DNA of 64,000 nt, from positions 14,308-78,307 of the forward strand of contig JAXMNT010000037.1 of NCBI GenBank assembly GCA_034670305.1. The letters run 5' to 3'. How positions within the stretch are numbered: the stretch's first letter is position 1; each line of letters starts with the position of its first letter. Under the pieces are notes generated by a model. The model worked only from the letters and a program-made list of their open reading frames with translations, was not told the origin of the DNA and ran no database searches. Origin of the DNA: Deltaproteobacteria bacterium (GTDB lineage Bacteria; Myxococcota_A; Polyangia; Polyangiales; Houyiibacteriaceae). Both the position numbers and the translations under genes were made by a program. Of the stretch, positions 31,788-41,301 are shown piece by piece.

Positions 31788-32927
31788 TCAGCAGCCGCAG
31801 CCGCAGCCGCTCGCGCAGGCGGTGCTCCACTGGCACGACGACAGACAGAACTGCCACGAGTTCGTACCGCAGCATCGGTAGCGCCCGCCGGACACGCCGC
31901 TGTCGCTGACCCAGTCGCAGGCCGCGCCGCCGACGAGTCCGCAGCCACCCCAGTTGCAGCTCGCGGTGCAGGTCTCCTGGTTGCGTCGACACGGACTGTC
32001 GCTGCCGCCCGCACAGGTTCGGGTCGCGCCGGGCGCGCAGGTCCCGCCGCCCGAACACGTGCTGTACGCGCTCCACGCGCCCCAGGTACAGCCCGCGCTG
32101 CAGGTCCGGCTCCGGGACTGGCTGCCTCGGTCGCAGTTGCCGCAGGCGCGGGAGTCGTTCTCGACCTCACCGGGCATGCACTCCGAGCCGCCGGTGTCCG
32201 AACATGCGCCGAACGCGCCGTACGTGCCCCAGGTGCAACTGGCGCTGCAGCTTCGGGTGCGCGAACGCGTCCCACCCCCGCACGTGCCACAACCTTCGGT
32301 GTCGGTTTCGATCTCGCCGGCGGTGCACTCTCCACTGCCCATGCAGACGCCGCTGCCCCACGAGCAGTCGGCTTGGCAGGTCTCCATCGAGGTCCCGCAC
32401 ATGCCGCAGGGGCCCGCCGCGCGGATCTCGCCCGGGCTGCACGCGCGCGACGTGCACACGCCATCGTCGGCCCAGGTGCCCCCGCTGCAGATCTGCCGCT
32501 GCATGCCGCATCGTTCGCAGGGGATCTCGCGGGCCGGCGCGCCGTCGGTGCAATCGCAGGTCTCGGGCGCGCTGCACGGCAGCCACTCGGAGTCGGTGCA
32601 TCGTTCGACGCCCGTGCCGCAGGCGCTGGAGCAGCTGCGCTCCGCCATGCTGCCGACGCTCGGGTTCGTGTCGTCGCAGTCGAACTCGGTCGGCACCCCG
32701 TCGCCGTCCGCGTCGCCTGCGGGATCCACGCACGCGCCGGCCACGCAGACCTGGGGCGCGGTGCAGCTCGGGGTACATCCGCCGGCGTCGACGCCGCCAC
32801 CACCGGTGTCGGACCGCCCGCCGTCGCTCCCGCTGGAGTCACGGCCTCGCACGGGGTCTTCTCCGCCGCCGCTGGCACAACCGGCGAGAAAGAATAAGCA
32901 GGCGAGCGAGGATCCCAGGACGCGCAT
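31788..32927 (-). CDS. Cys-rich surface lipoprotein with a DADGDG..DCDD motif and thrombospondin-like repeats
   Basis: FFLAG-C lipobox; DADGDGVPTEFDCDDTNP; repeated CG.CG.G..SR.R.C...C.WG.W..C units. Confidence 0.8.
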   Translation of the reverse strand: MRVLGSSLACLFFLAGCASGGGEDPVRGRDSSGSDGGRSDTGGGGVDAGGCTPSCTAPQVCVAGACVDPAGDADGDGVPTEFDCDDTNPSVGSMAERSCSSACGTGVERCTDSEWLPCSAPETCDCTDGAPAREIPCERCGMQRQICSGGTWADDGVCTSRACSPGEIRAAGPCGMCGTSMETCQADCSWGSGVCMGSGECTAGEIETDTEGCGTCGGGTRSRTRSCSASCTWGTYGAFGACSDTGGSECMPGEVENDSRACGNCDRGSQSRSRTCSAGCTWGAWSAYSTCSGGGTCAPGATRTCAGGSDSPCRRNQETCTASCNWGGCGLVGGAACDWVSDSGVSGGRYRCCGTNSWQFCLSSCQWSTACASGCGCGC

Positions 32928-33044
32928 TGGCCAAGGATAGCGGTTCGGCGTCGATGTGTCCGCTGAGCGGTCGATCCGGCGGCCGACGAGCACACTCCGG
33001 TTGGGGAGGACGCACCCGGCCGCTTGTGCTATTTCTCCAGGGCC

Positions 33045-33134
33045 GGAGGAGTGGCCGAGCGGTCGAAGGCGGCGGTCTTGAAAACCGCTGACCCCTATCG
33101 GGGTCCGGGGGTTCGAATCCCTTCTCCTCCGCCA
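33045..33134 (+). tRNA. tRNA-Ser(TGA)
   Basis: GGAGGAG...CTCCTCC-GCCA acceptor stem, anticodon arm GCGGT-CT-TGA-AA-ACCGC, long variable arm, GGTTCGAATCC. Confidence 0.96.
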
Positions 33135-33174
33135 AGACGTTCGGGCATCGCGACGATGCGGGGTGGGGGCCTTG

Positions 33175-33366
33175 ATGAGCAAGAAGACAGCAGCCGAGGA
33201 TGCAGCACCGACCAACGTCGAGACACGGCCGTGTCCGCGCTGCCGCACCGCGGTGGCCGGCGTGCCCGACGAAGAGGGCGGCGTTCGAGTGATCCGCTGG
33301 ACCTGCACCTGTGGTTGGCGCCGGATGATCGCCGAGTCCGGCGCGGTTCGCCGCCCGAAGGTCTGA
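33175..33366 (+). CDS. Small putative zinc-ribbon protein
   Basis: 63 aa with CPRC...CTCGW. Confidence 0.55.
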   Translation: MSKKTAAEDAAPTNVETRPCPRCRTAVAGVPDEEGGVRVIRWTCTCGWRRMIAESGAVRRPKV

Positions 33367-33576
33367 CTCCAGGCGCCGACGGGGCGTGCCCGCGGGCGTG
33401 TGGACGGCGTGGCGTGGGCGACCGAGCTTGCGCGACGGAGCTTGCGCGACGGGGTGCGGGGGGTATATCGACGCGGCGAAGCCGAGCGAAGCGAGCTGTG
33501 CCCCCAAGAATATCGCTCGCGAATTCACCCGAAGGCGCGATGCGCTGCGCGGGGACGCAACCCCCACGAGGACTCC

Positions 33577-34491
33577 ATGAGCGACACCGTCGAATCCATT
33601 CTCGAACAGTACGCGGGCGAGACCCCCGGCGTGATCGGCAACCTGCGACGGATCCTGATGTCCGGTCGGCTCGCTGGCACGGGCAAGATCGTCATCCTTC
33701 CCGTCGACCAAGGTTTTGAACACGGACCCGCGCGCACGTTCGCGCCCAACCCTGCCGGCTACGATCCCCACTACCACGCCAAGCTCGCGGTCGAGAGCGG
33801 CTGCAACGCGTACGCGGCGCCGCTCGGTTTCATTCAGTCGATCGCGCACACGTACGCGGGTGTGCTGCCGCTCATCCTCAAGGTGAACAACAGCGACAGC
33901 CTGGGTGGACCCGAAGCACCGGAGTCGGCGCTCACGTCTTCGGTCCGCGACGCGGTGCGGCTCGGCTGCTCGGCGATCGGCTACACGATCTACCCGGGCA
34001 GCGCGCTGCGCAACGGGATGTACAAGGACCTCCGCGATCTGATCGCCGAGGCGCGGGACGCGGGACTTCCGACGGTGCTGTGGGCTTACGCCCGCGGCAA
34101 CATGCCCAAGGAGGGCGAGACCGCCGTCGACGTCATCGCGTACGCGGCGCAGATTGCCTGCCAGCTCGGCGCGCACGTCGTGAAGGTGAAGCCGCCCACG
34201 GACGTCGTGTGGCACCCCGAAGCCAAGAAACACTACGAGGGCATCCCCCACGCGACCCTCTCCGATCGCATCAAACATGTGATGCAGTCTTCGTTCGATG
34301 GGCGCCGCATCGTGATCTTCTCCGGCGGTGCCGCGAAGGGCACCGAGGCGGTGCTCGAAGAGATCAAGTCGATCGCAGAGGGTGGGGGCAACGGTTCCAT
34401 CATCGGCCGCAACGCCTTCCAGCGCGAACACGGGGAGTCGCTCGCGTTGCTCGACAAGATCATGTCGATCTACGAGAACGCTTCGCAGTGA
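33577..34491 (+). CDS. fbaB: Class I fructose-bisphosphate aldolase (DhnA/FbaB type)
   Basis: ILPVDQGFEHGP, GYTIYPGS, VLWAYARG, GAHVVKVK, FSGG, GRNAFQR; GAGG Shine-Dalgarno upstream. Confidence 0.93.
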   Translation: MSDTVESILEQYAGETPGVIGNLRRILMSGRLAGTGKIVILPVDQGFEHGPARTFAPNPAGYDPHYHAKLAVESGCNAYAAPLGFIQSIAHTYAGVLPLILKVNNSDSLGGPEAPESALTSSVRDAVRLGCSAIGYTIYPGSALRNGMYKDLRDLIAEARDAGLPTVLWAYARGNMPKEGETAVDVIAYAAQIACQLGAHVVKVKPPTDVVWHPEAKKHYEGIPHATLSDRIKHVMQSSFDGRRIVIFSGGAAKGTEAVLEEIKSIAEGGGNGSIIGRNAFQREHGESLALLDKIMSIYENASQ

Positions 34492-35348
34492 ACCGTGCGC
34501 CCCACGAGGCGGCCCGTCGTCTGACGGACGCCTGGTGGGGGACCGCATCCTGGGTCTTTCAATTGGGCGCGCTGAGCCTCGTGGGCATCACGCTGGCCGC
34601 GTGCGGCGGTTCGTCGAGCACCCTGCCCGGCACCTTGGCGCAGGTGCGCGACGCGCCTCTTGGGGCCGACGACGCCGGCTGCCTGATCGTGTTCCTGCCC
34701 GGCGCTGGAGACGAGGCGGACGACTACGTCGAGCATGGGTTCTTCTCCGAAGTGCGCCGCGCGGGCGTGGATGCCGATCTCGTCGCCGCCAACGTCACGG
34801 TTCCGTACTACCGCGCCGACAACGCGATCGAGCGGATCTACGAGGATGTGCTCGAGCCTGCGAAGCGGGCTGGGTACGAACGGGTGTGGGTGGTGGGCAT
34901 CTCGATGGGCGGCGGCGGTGCGCTTCGAGTGGCCGCGACCCACACCGACGACGTGGCCGGAGTCGTCTTGCTCGCGCCTCTGATCGGTGGACCTGGGCTC
35001 TTTCGAGACGTGCTGGCGGTGGGCGGACCGCAGAACTTCGAACCCGACGACGAGCTGCGCCGTACCGGCGGCCCGTTCGTCGACGCTTGGCACTGGGCCG
35101 GCCACCGGGAACGGGCGGACGGGTCGGTCACGCCGCTCTACCTCGCGTACGGCTTCGAGGATCCGCTCGCGCGGATGAGTGAGACCCTGGCGCTGGCGTT
35201 GCCCGAGAGCCACGTGATCCGCGGCGGAGGCGGACACCGCTGGGTGGTGTGGCAGGAGCTTTGGCGCGGTCTGGTCGCAGGAGGTTTCCTGCAGCGCAGC
35301 TGCGGCGTCCTAGATCCGGCGGCGGACGAGACCGAGACCGAGCAGTAG
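34488..35348 (+). CDS. Alpha/beta-hydrolase lipoprotein
   Basis: LAA-C lipobox, VFLPG, GISMG nucleophile elbow, GGH.W; GTGA overlap with fbaB. Confidence 0.8.
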   Translation: MNRAPHEAARRLTDAWWGTASWVFQLGALSLVGITLAACGGSSSTLPGTLAQVRDAPLGADDAGCLIVFLPGAGDEADDYVEHGFFSEVRRAGVDADLVAANVTVPYYRADNAIERIYEDVLEPAKRAGYERVWVVGISMGGGGALRVAATHTDDVAGVVLLAPLIGGPGLFRDVLAVGGPQNFEPDDELRRTGGPFVDAWHWAGHRERADGSVTPLYLAYGFEDPLARMSETLALALPESHVIRGGGGHRWVVWQELWRGLVAGGFLQRSCGVLDPAADETETEQ

Positions 35349-35936
35349 CCAGGCGAGCCCCGCCGGCGGAGAAGCCGACGCGGAGCACGTGGCGCACCCA
35401 CCGGCGGCGGGGGCGTTCGGCGACGCGCTCGACTCGGCTTCGCCGGACGACGCAGGCTCCGACTCGCTCGAGGTCTCACCACCTTCCGCAGCTGGCTCGA
35501 CACGGTCGACCACATCGACCGGCGTGACGCCTGCGCCGTGCGCGGCTCGATCTTCGCCGGCGTCGTCCGCCAACCGGGTGCGGGAACACATCGTCGTCTC
35601 GGCGGGCGCATCCGCGTTCGCGCGCGTCGCGTAGACGAAGAAGGTCGCGCCGACGGCGAAGCCGACCCCGCACATCGAGCTCGAACTGGGTCCGCGCACG
35701 ACGACGTTCTCCTGGTCCACGCCTTTCCAGGCCTGGGTCACATGGAAGGCCGCCGCATCCACCATCTCCCCTTGGTCTTGGAGCACTTCGATGATGCGTC
35801 CTTCGAACACGAGGTCCGCCTGGGCGAACGCCTGCTCCGGCGAGAGCTGAGCGCACGAGCACGCGTGGACCTCGCCGGGGAGGGCGGCCCAGCAGAGCAG
35901 AAGGAAACCGGCGGAGAGGAAAAGGGTGCGATGCAT
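35310..35936 (-). CDS. Secreted ACSC (TIMP/NTR-like) protein with a MYXO-CTERM-like anchor
   Basis: Signal peptide ending HA|CSC, ADLVFEG, WKG, SMCG..F; C-terminal GGCATCSAS plus TM helix and RRR. Confidence 0.75.
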   Translation of the reverse strand: MHRTLFLSAGFLLLCWAALPGEVHACSCAQLSPEQAFAQADLVFEGRIIEVLQDQGEMVDAAAFHVTQAWKGVDQENVVVRGPSSSSMCGVGFAVGATFFVYATRANADAPAETTMCSRTRLADDAGEDRAAHGAGVTPVDVVDRVEPAAEGGETSSESEPASSGEAESSASPNAPAAGGCATCSASASPPAGLAWLLLGLGLVRRRI

Positions 35937-35939
35937 GCG

Positions 35940-35968
35940 TTGACAGGTCGTAAGGGCGCGGCTAATTG
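35940..35968 (+). promoter_or_regulatory. Sigma70-like promoter for tRNA-Ser(GCT)
   Basis: TTGACA-17 bp-TAATTG. Confidence 0.5.
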
Positions 35969-36021
35969 CTGCCTTCGCTCGGACGGTACCACCGCACGGG
36001 CGTGGCTTGAAAAGGTACGTG

Positions 36022-36114
<93 letters not shown>

Positions 36115-36254
36115 GCTTGAAGATGCCGCGCACCTCGTTGCGTCCGACAGCTCCGAAAACAACTGCGTTTCGAAAAGACAGCACTGGCTTGGCTTGACCA
36201 AGCGACTTCGCGCGTTATCTTCGCGCTCCCTTACGAGGTCTCTTGGACCTCGGA

Positions 36255-36331
<77 letters not shown>

Positions 36332-36398
36332 CCGCGGACAGCCAATCAGGCACAACGGGGTCACCAATGGTGGCCCCGTCGTCGTTTAAGCTCCTTCC

Positions 36399-36857
36399 AT
36401 GACCACCGACGAAGACTTCATGCGCGAAGCCATCCGCGAAGCCGAGCGCGCCGCGGCCCGAGGCGAAGTACCGGTCGGCAGCGTCGTGGTGGTGGGCGGT
36501 GAGATCATCGCGCGCGCACACAACCTCCGAGAGACCGCCCAAGATCCAACCGCGCACGCCGAGCTCATCGCGGTTCGCCAATCCGCAGCGCGCCTCTCGA
36601 GCTGGCGGCTGGTGGACGCCACGGTCTACGTCACCCTCGAACCCTGTCCGATGTGCGCGGGCATGCTGATCAACGCGCGCGTGCCCCGGGTGGTCTACGG
36701 CGCGGTCGATCCCAAAGCCGGTGCGCTCGAGTCGCTCTACCGGCTCGGCGAAGACGAACGTTTGAACCATCGGCTCGAGGTCGCGTCCGGCGTGCTGGCC
36801 GACGAGTGTGGCGCGTTGCTGCGCGAGTTCTTCGGGCGGCTCCGCAAGCGCCGCTGA
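36399..36857 (+). CDS. tadA: tRNA adenosine(34) deaminase
   Basis: GEVPVG, DPTAHAE, TLEPCPMCAG, DPKAGA, LNHR, FF..LR. Confidence 0.96.
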   Translation: MTTDEDFMREAIREAERAAARGEVPVGSVVVVGGEIIARAHNLRETAQDPTAHAELIAVRQSAARLSSWRLVDATVYVTLEPCPMCAGMLINARVPRVVYGAVDPKAGALESLYRLGEDERLNHRLEVASGVLADECGALLREFFGRLRKRR

Positions 36858-36918
36858 GCCTGCCTGGGCGTGGTCTCGCAGCGCTGCACGAAACTGCGCG
36901 CGGGCCCGATCGAGTTCG

Positions 36919-36946
36919 TTGACAGGGTGGCCGCCGATGCTAGTTT
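36919..36946 (+). promoter_or_regulatory. Sigma70-like promoter for tRNA-Ser(CGA)
   Basis: TTGACA-16 bp-TAGTTT with an extended TG, 7 bp before the tRNA. Confidence 0.6.
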
Positions 36947-36953
36947 CCGCCGC

Positions 36954-37043
36954 GGAGGGCTGGCCGAGTGGTCGAAGGCGCTTGATTCGAAATCAAGTGT
37001 ACTGGCAACGGTACCAAGGGTTCGAATCCCTTGTCCTCCGCCA
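36954..37043 (+). tRNA. tRNA-Ser(CGA)
   Basis: Anticodon arm CTTGA-TT-CGA-AA-TCAAG, long variable arm, ends in GCCA. Confidence 0.96.
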
Positions 37044-37137
37044 GGTGTTCCGTTCGCGAGCACCTTTTTCTTTGTCATTGAGACTCCGCGTCCGGCCGCT
37101 CCAGTTCCGCTGGGGCACCCAAGGACGGACGTGGATT

Positions 37138-37224
37138 GGAGAGGTGACCGAGTGGTCGAAGGTGCACGATTGGAAATCGTGTGTACTGGAAACGGTACCG
37201 AGGGTTCGAATCCCTCTCTCTCCG
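37138..37224 (+). tRNA. tRNA-Ser(GGA), no encoded CCA
   Basis: Anticodon arm CACGA-TT-GGA-AA-TCGTG; acceptor stem GGAGAGG/TCTCTCC-G. Confidence 0.95.
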
Positions 37225-37260
37225 CTGGATGTGTCTCCCGCCCGACCGGGATGGTGTCGC

Positions 37261-37289
37261 TTGACACTCGTCTTCGCCGTGGGCATACC
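37261..37289 (+). promoter_or_regulatory. Sigma70-like promoter for ffs
   Basis: TTGACA-17 bp-CATACC. Confidence 0.55.
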
Positions 37290-37303
37290 GCATCCGAACT
37301 TGT

Positions 37304-37383
37304 GGTCCCGCCAACGCTGGCCCGTGAAACCCGCCAGGCCCGGAAGGGAGCAACGGTAACGGTCACCAGCGTGTGGTGGGGCC
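37304..37383 (+). ncRNA. ffs: Signal recognition particle RNA (small bacterial type)
   Basis: Helix-8 signature CCAGGCCCGGAAGGGAGCAA within a long hairpin GGTCCCGCC...GGTGGGGCC. Ends approximate. Confidence 0.92.
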
Positions 37384-37397
37384 TTTCTTAATTTTGA

Positions 37398-38047
37398 TAC
37401 GGGCCTGGCTCGCTTCGCTCGACTGGCCCTAATTCGGCGTCCGTTGTTTCTGAGGGGGAAGGGTTCCCCCTCCGGCCTTCGGCCTCCTCCCCACCTGGGC
37501 ACCTTCACGTGCTCGCCGCCCACTCCCTGGGTGCACTGAAGAAACATCTGGGGCACTTGGCGGCTGCGCGCGGTCGATGCACTCCTGCCGCCTCTGTGAC
37601 GCACTTGGGGAGTGCACCAGTTGCTCGCCCTACGGGCTGCGCAGGTGCACGGGTGGAGCCGCCTGACTCGCTGGCGCTGTTCGAGGCCTGGCTCGCTTCG
37701 CGAGACCTGTACTTCTGAGGGGGAAGGGTTCCCCCTCCGGCCTGCGGCCTCCTCCCCACCTGGGGCCCTAATTCGGCGTCCGTTGTTTCTGAGGGGGAAG
37801 GGTTCCCCCTCCGGCCTTCGGCCTCCTCCCCACCTGGGCACCTTCACGTGCTCGCCGCCTGTTCATTGGGTGCACTGAAGAAAGCATCTGGAGGTCCTGG
37901 CGGCTGTGCGCGGTCGATGCACTCCTGCCGCCTCTGTGACGCACTTGGGGAGTGCACCAGTTGCTCGCCCTGCGGGCTGCGCAGGTGCACGGGTGGAGAT
38001 GCCTGACTCGCTGGCGCTGTGAGATGGCCTGGCTCGCTTCGCGAGAC
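37398..38047 (+). repeat. Tandem structured element: two ~283-bp copies (37425-37706, 37764-38047) plus partial modules
   Basis: Period 339 bp. Hairpins GAGGGGGAA-GGG-TTCCCCCTC (3 copies), GGCCTTCGGCC, GTGCACC..GGTGCAC. GGCCTGGCTCGCTTCGC occurs 3 times here and again at ~47258. Confidence 0.92.
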
Positions 38048-38070
38048 TGACTGGCGGCGTCGGATCGGAA

Positions 38071-38262
38071 CGGCGTCGGCTTCGGCTTCGGCTTCGGCTT
38101 CGGCGTCGGCGTCGGCTTCGGCGTCGGCTTCGGCGTCGGCTTCGGCGTCGGATTCGGATTCGGATTCGGCTTCGGATTCGGGGTCGGCTTCGGATTCGGC
38201 TTCGGCCTTCGGCTTCGGATTCGGCTTCAAGGTCGGCTTCGGCCTTCGGCTTCAGCGTCGGC
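38071..38262 (-). repeat. (GCCGAN)n hexamer tract on the minus strand
   Basis: TCGGCN units on the plus strand, just downstream of the 38271 stop. Confidence 0.93.
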
Positions 38263-38270
38263 GTTCCCTT

Positions 38271-39080
38271 CTACTGGAAGCCCGGGGGTCGTTCGTCTTC
38301 ACCGCGCGGGGCGGCTTCGGTTCCGCAGTCGGGGCTCCGGCCGTCTACGAGGCGTGCGTCGATCTCGGCGGCAGCGACACGCACGACCATCTCGGCTTGT
38401 TCCGACATCTCCCGACAGGAGAGCGCGACCACCTCGGTCAGTGTGGCGCGGGCTTCCTCGCCCTGGCCGCGTTCGCGTTGGCTGTGCGCGGTCCGCAGCA
38501 ACGCGAAGGGATAGAGTGGGTGGTCGAGCGCGCCGAGCAGGTAGCGGTAGTCGTCGGCGGCGTCTTCCCATTCGTCGGCTTCCGCGTCGATCTCGCCACG
38601 GATGAGCCACGCGACGTAGATCAGCTCGCCACCGGATTCACGGTGACGCGTGGTGTAGCGCTCGGCGAGACGGTCGGCGTTCGCGCGCCCATTGCGCCAA
38701 GCGGACCACATCTCCACGAACGCCACGTCCGAGGCGAAGTCGTCCGCGCGCACCCGGCCGAGTGCCCTCAGGATCCGGTCGTGCTCGCGGCGCATGCGGC
38801 GGCGGTCCCGCGGTTCGGCCGCCGCCATCTCGTCGGCGAGCGCGAGGGCGAGATGCAGTCGCAGCGTGCGGCGCTCACCGCCGCTGACCCCGTCCATCGC
38901 GTCGCGCACCTGGTCCGAGGTGCGCTGCTCGGCGAAGAGCTCGGTGGTCGCGGACAGGTGGGCGCGAAGGATCGAGGGCGTGTCGAGCTCCGCCGTCGGC
39001 ACACGGCCGCGGGGCGCCGTCTGTGTGCCGCCACCGCACGCGCATGCGGTCGACAGAAGGAGGGGCAGAAGGATTCGCAC
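38271..39080 (-). CDS. TPR-like lipoprotein
   Basis: TACA-C lipobox-like signal; helical repeats AWLIRGE..W.DA..DY and YPFALLR.A. Confidence 0.7.
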   Translation of the reverse strand: MRILLPLLLSTACACGGGTQTAPRGRVPTAELDTPSILRAHLSATTELFAEQRTSDQVRDAMDGVSGGERRTLRLHLALALADEMAAAEPRDRRRMRREHDRILRALGRVRADDFASDVAFVEMWSAWRNGRANADRLAERYTTRHRESGGELIYVAWLIRGEIDAEADEWEDAADDYRYLLGALDHPLYPFALLRTAHSQRERGQGEEARATLTEVVALSCREMSEQAEMVVRVAAAEIDARLVDGRSPDCGTEAAPRGEDERPPGFQ

Positions 39081-39148
39081 CCAGTGGTCTTACCACGCGA
39101 GGAATGACTGTGCGCTTCGACGGGGCCCGTGCGGTGGTTCGGTGGTTG

Positions 39149-39277
39149 TCCGAATCCGAAGCCGAAGCCGATGCCGAAGCCGATGCCGATGCCGATGCCG
39201 AAGCCGATGCCGACGCCGACGCCGACGCCGAAGCCGATGCCGATGCCGATGCCGATGCCGAAGCCGAAGCCGATGCC
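39149..39277 (+). repeat. (GCCGAN)n hexamer tract
   Basis: About 21 units between divergent genes. Confidence 0.93.
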
Positions 39278-39316
39278 GCCGTGTGTGATGGGTCGGATGG
39301 TGCTACGGCGGCAGGC

Positions 39317-40099
39317 ATGCCGGACTGGCTTCCTTTCGACGCCCACCCTTTGTACGCCTCGGCGGTTGCGTTCGTGCTCGGGTTTGGTGCGGTCGCGTTC
39401 GTCGCGACGTTCTTCGTCACCGCGCCGTACGGACGCCACGCCCGTGCGGGGTGGGGGCCGACGATGCCCGCGAAGTGGGGATGGGTCCTCATGGAAGCAC
39501 CGTCGCCGATCGGGTTCGCCATCGTGTTCGCGATGTCGAGTCACCGGACCGAGGCGGTGCCGATCCTTCTGCTCGGGATCTGGCAACTGCACTACCTCTA
39601 CCGTTCGTTCGTCTTCCCGTTTCGCATGCGCGGTGGAGACAAACCCAAACCGCTGCTCACGGTCTCGATCGCGTTCTTCTTCAACTGCTGCAATGGCGCG
39701 ATGAACGCATTCGCGATCACCGAGCTCGCACCCCATCTGTGGGGGGAGGGCGCGATGGCCTCTCCGACGTTGTGGGTTGGGGTCCTGGTGTTCGCGTTCG
39801 GGTACGTCGTCAACCAACACGCGGACTACGTGCTGCGCAACCTCCGCAAACCCGGCGAGACCGGCTACAAGATCCCCTTCGGCGGACTCTACGGCGTCGT
39901 GTCCTGTCCGAACTACCTTGGAGAGATCCTCGAATGGGTTGGGTTCGCGATCGCGGCGAGCACTGCGCCGGGCTGGGCGTTCGCGTTCTTCACGGCATCG
40001 AATCTCGTGCCGCGCGCGGTGGCGCACCACCGCTGGTACCAGGAGAAGTTCACCGACTACCCGAAGCGGCGTCGAGCGATCGTCCCGTTCTTGCTCTAG
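39317..40099 (+). CDS. 3-oxo-5-alpha-steroid 4-dehydrogenase (steroid 5-alpha-reductase) family protein
   Basis: APYGRH, W..ME.PS, HY..RSF.FP, LRNLRKPGETGYKIP.GG, VSCPNY.GE..EW, NL.PRA..HH.WY..KF.DYP..R.AI.PF. Confidence 0.92.
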   Translation: MPDWLPFDAHPLYASAVAFVLGFGAVAFVATFFVTAPYGRHARAGWGPTMPAKWGWVLMEAPSPIGFAIVFAMSSHRTEAVPILLLGIWQLHYLYRSFVFPFRMRGGDKPKPLLTVSIAFFFNCCNGAMNAFAITELAPHLWGEGAMASPTLWVGVLVFAFGYVVNQHADYVLRNLRKPGETGYKIPFGGLYGVVSCPNYLGEILEWVGFAIAASTAPGWAFAFFTASNLVPRAVAHHRWYQEKFTDYPKRRRAIVPFLL

Positions 40100-41301
40100 C
40101 GGTCGACGAGGAGGCCGTCGCGGCGTGCTCCGACGAGCTTGCTGGGCGCGCCCACCATCTTCAGTTCCTCGAGTCGTGGGAGCAGGTCGAGGTCGACTCG
40201 GTCGACTTCGGTGTGGCTGATGTCGAGAATGCGGAGCTGGGTCCACTGGTGCACCGGGAGGGACGCGAGCGCGGTGCGCGAGAGGTCGAGGAACCGAAGC
40301 GACGCGATCGGCGCCAGTTCATCCACGGTCGTCAGAAGCGGGTTCTGACCGAGGCGTAGTTTTCGGAGCTCCGGCAGGGCGCCTTGCTGCGCGAACGCGG
40401 AGGGAAGGTGACTGAGACGGTTCTGCGTGAGATCGAGTGCGCGCAAGGCCCGGACCTCCGCCAACGAATCGGGGAGCGACTCGAGCAAGTTCTCACGCAG
40501 GTCGAGGTGCTCCAGACAGCCAAGACCACCCAGCTGTTCGGGAAGGGTTCGCAGGCCGCAGCGACTCAACTCCAGCAGTTCCAGATCCGACAACCCGCCG
40601 AGCCCGTCCCCAACGCGAAGCACTCGGCTGCTTCTCATCCGCAGGCGGCGCAACCCCGTGTGTTGCTCCAGACCTTCGAGTGTCTCGATGCCGTTGTCTC
40701 GGACGTCGAGTACTCGGAGTCGGGGGCTTTGAATCGAGGGCAACGCGCGGAGATGGTTCGAGCGCGCGTCGACGTGTTCGAGCAGCGGGTTGGCGAGCGT
40801 CATCGACTTGAGCTCGCATTGCGTCGCGTGGATCTCGCGCAGGGCGACCAGGTCGCGCACGAAGCCCGGCAGTTCGTCGAACCAGCACTTGTCGAGCCGC
40901 AGGGAGCGCACGCGGTCGAGCCGCTCGAGCCGGTCGGGCCAGCGCGGCAGGCGCCATTTTCGAAGGTGGAGCTTGGTCGGGCGTTGGAGAGACGCGTCGA
41001 CCGACGCGCCCTCGCACAATCCATCCAGCATTCCGAGGAACGCGTACTGCAAGGTCGGGGTCAGCTGAGGGTTGCCGAGAAAGAAGGGGCCGAGCTCCGG
41101 CTGTCCATCGGGCGTCAGCCGCGTCTGCTCGAAGATCCGACCGAAGAGTTTCGTGTCGGCCAGACTCCGGGCCACCTCGATCCCCTGGTCCACATGGTCC
41201 TGGTCCCGCACGAGCGCGCGGATCTTCACCATGGTCTTGCGACGGTCCACCGCGGGCAGCCTACCCGTCTTCGTGGGCTGCGGTAGCGTTTCCGCCGGCA
41301 T
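40096..41301 (-). CDS. Leucine-rich repeat protein
   Basis: About 10 LxxLxLxxNxLxxLP-type repeats. Start uncertain (41301 or 41232). Confidence 0.85.
   Translation of the reverse strand: MPAETLPQPTKTGRLPAVDRRKTMVKIRALVRDQDHVDQGIEVARSLADTKLFGRIFEQTRLTPDGQPELGPFFLGNPQLTPTLQYAFLGMLDGLCEGASVDASLQRPTKLHLRKWRLPRWPDRLERLDRVRSLRLDKCWFDELPGFVRDLVALREIHATQCELKSMTLANPLLEHVDARSNHLRALPSIQSPRLRVLDVRDNGIETLEGLEQHTGLRRLRMRSSRVLRVGDGLGGLSDLELLELSRCGLRTLPEQLGGLGCLEHLDLRENLLESLPDSLAEVRALRALDLTQNRLSHLPSAFAQQGALPELRKLRLGQNPLLTTVDELAPIASLRFLDLSRTALASLPVHQWTQLRILDISHTEVDRVDLDLLPRLEELKMVGAPSKLVGARRDGLLVDR

Noticed and set aside
35310-35348. 39-bp convergent gene overlap
   Set aside because: Short tail-to-tail overlaps are common in GC-rich genomes.
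37425-38047. CRISPR array or coding region
   Set aside because: The period is 339 bp, the variable parts are only 2-7 nt, and the ORFs across it just translate the repeat.
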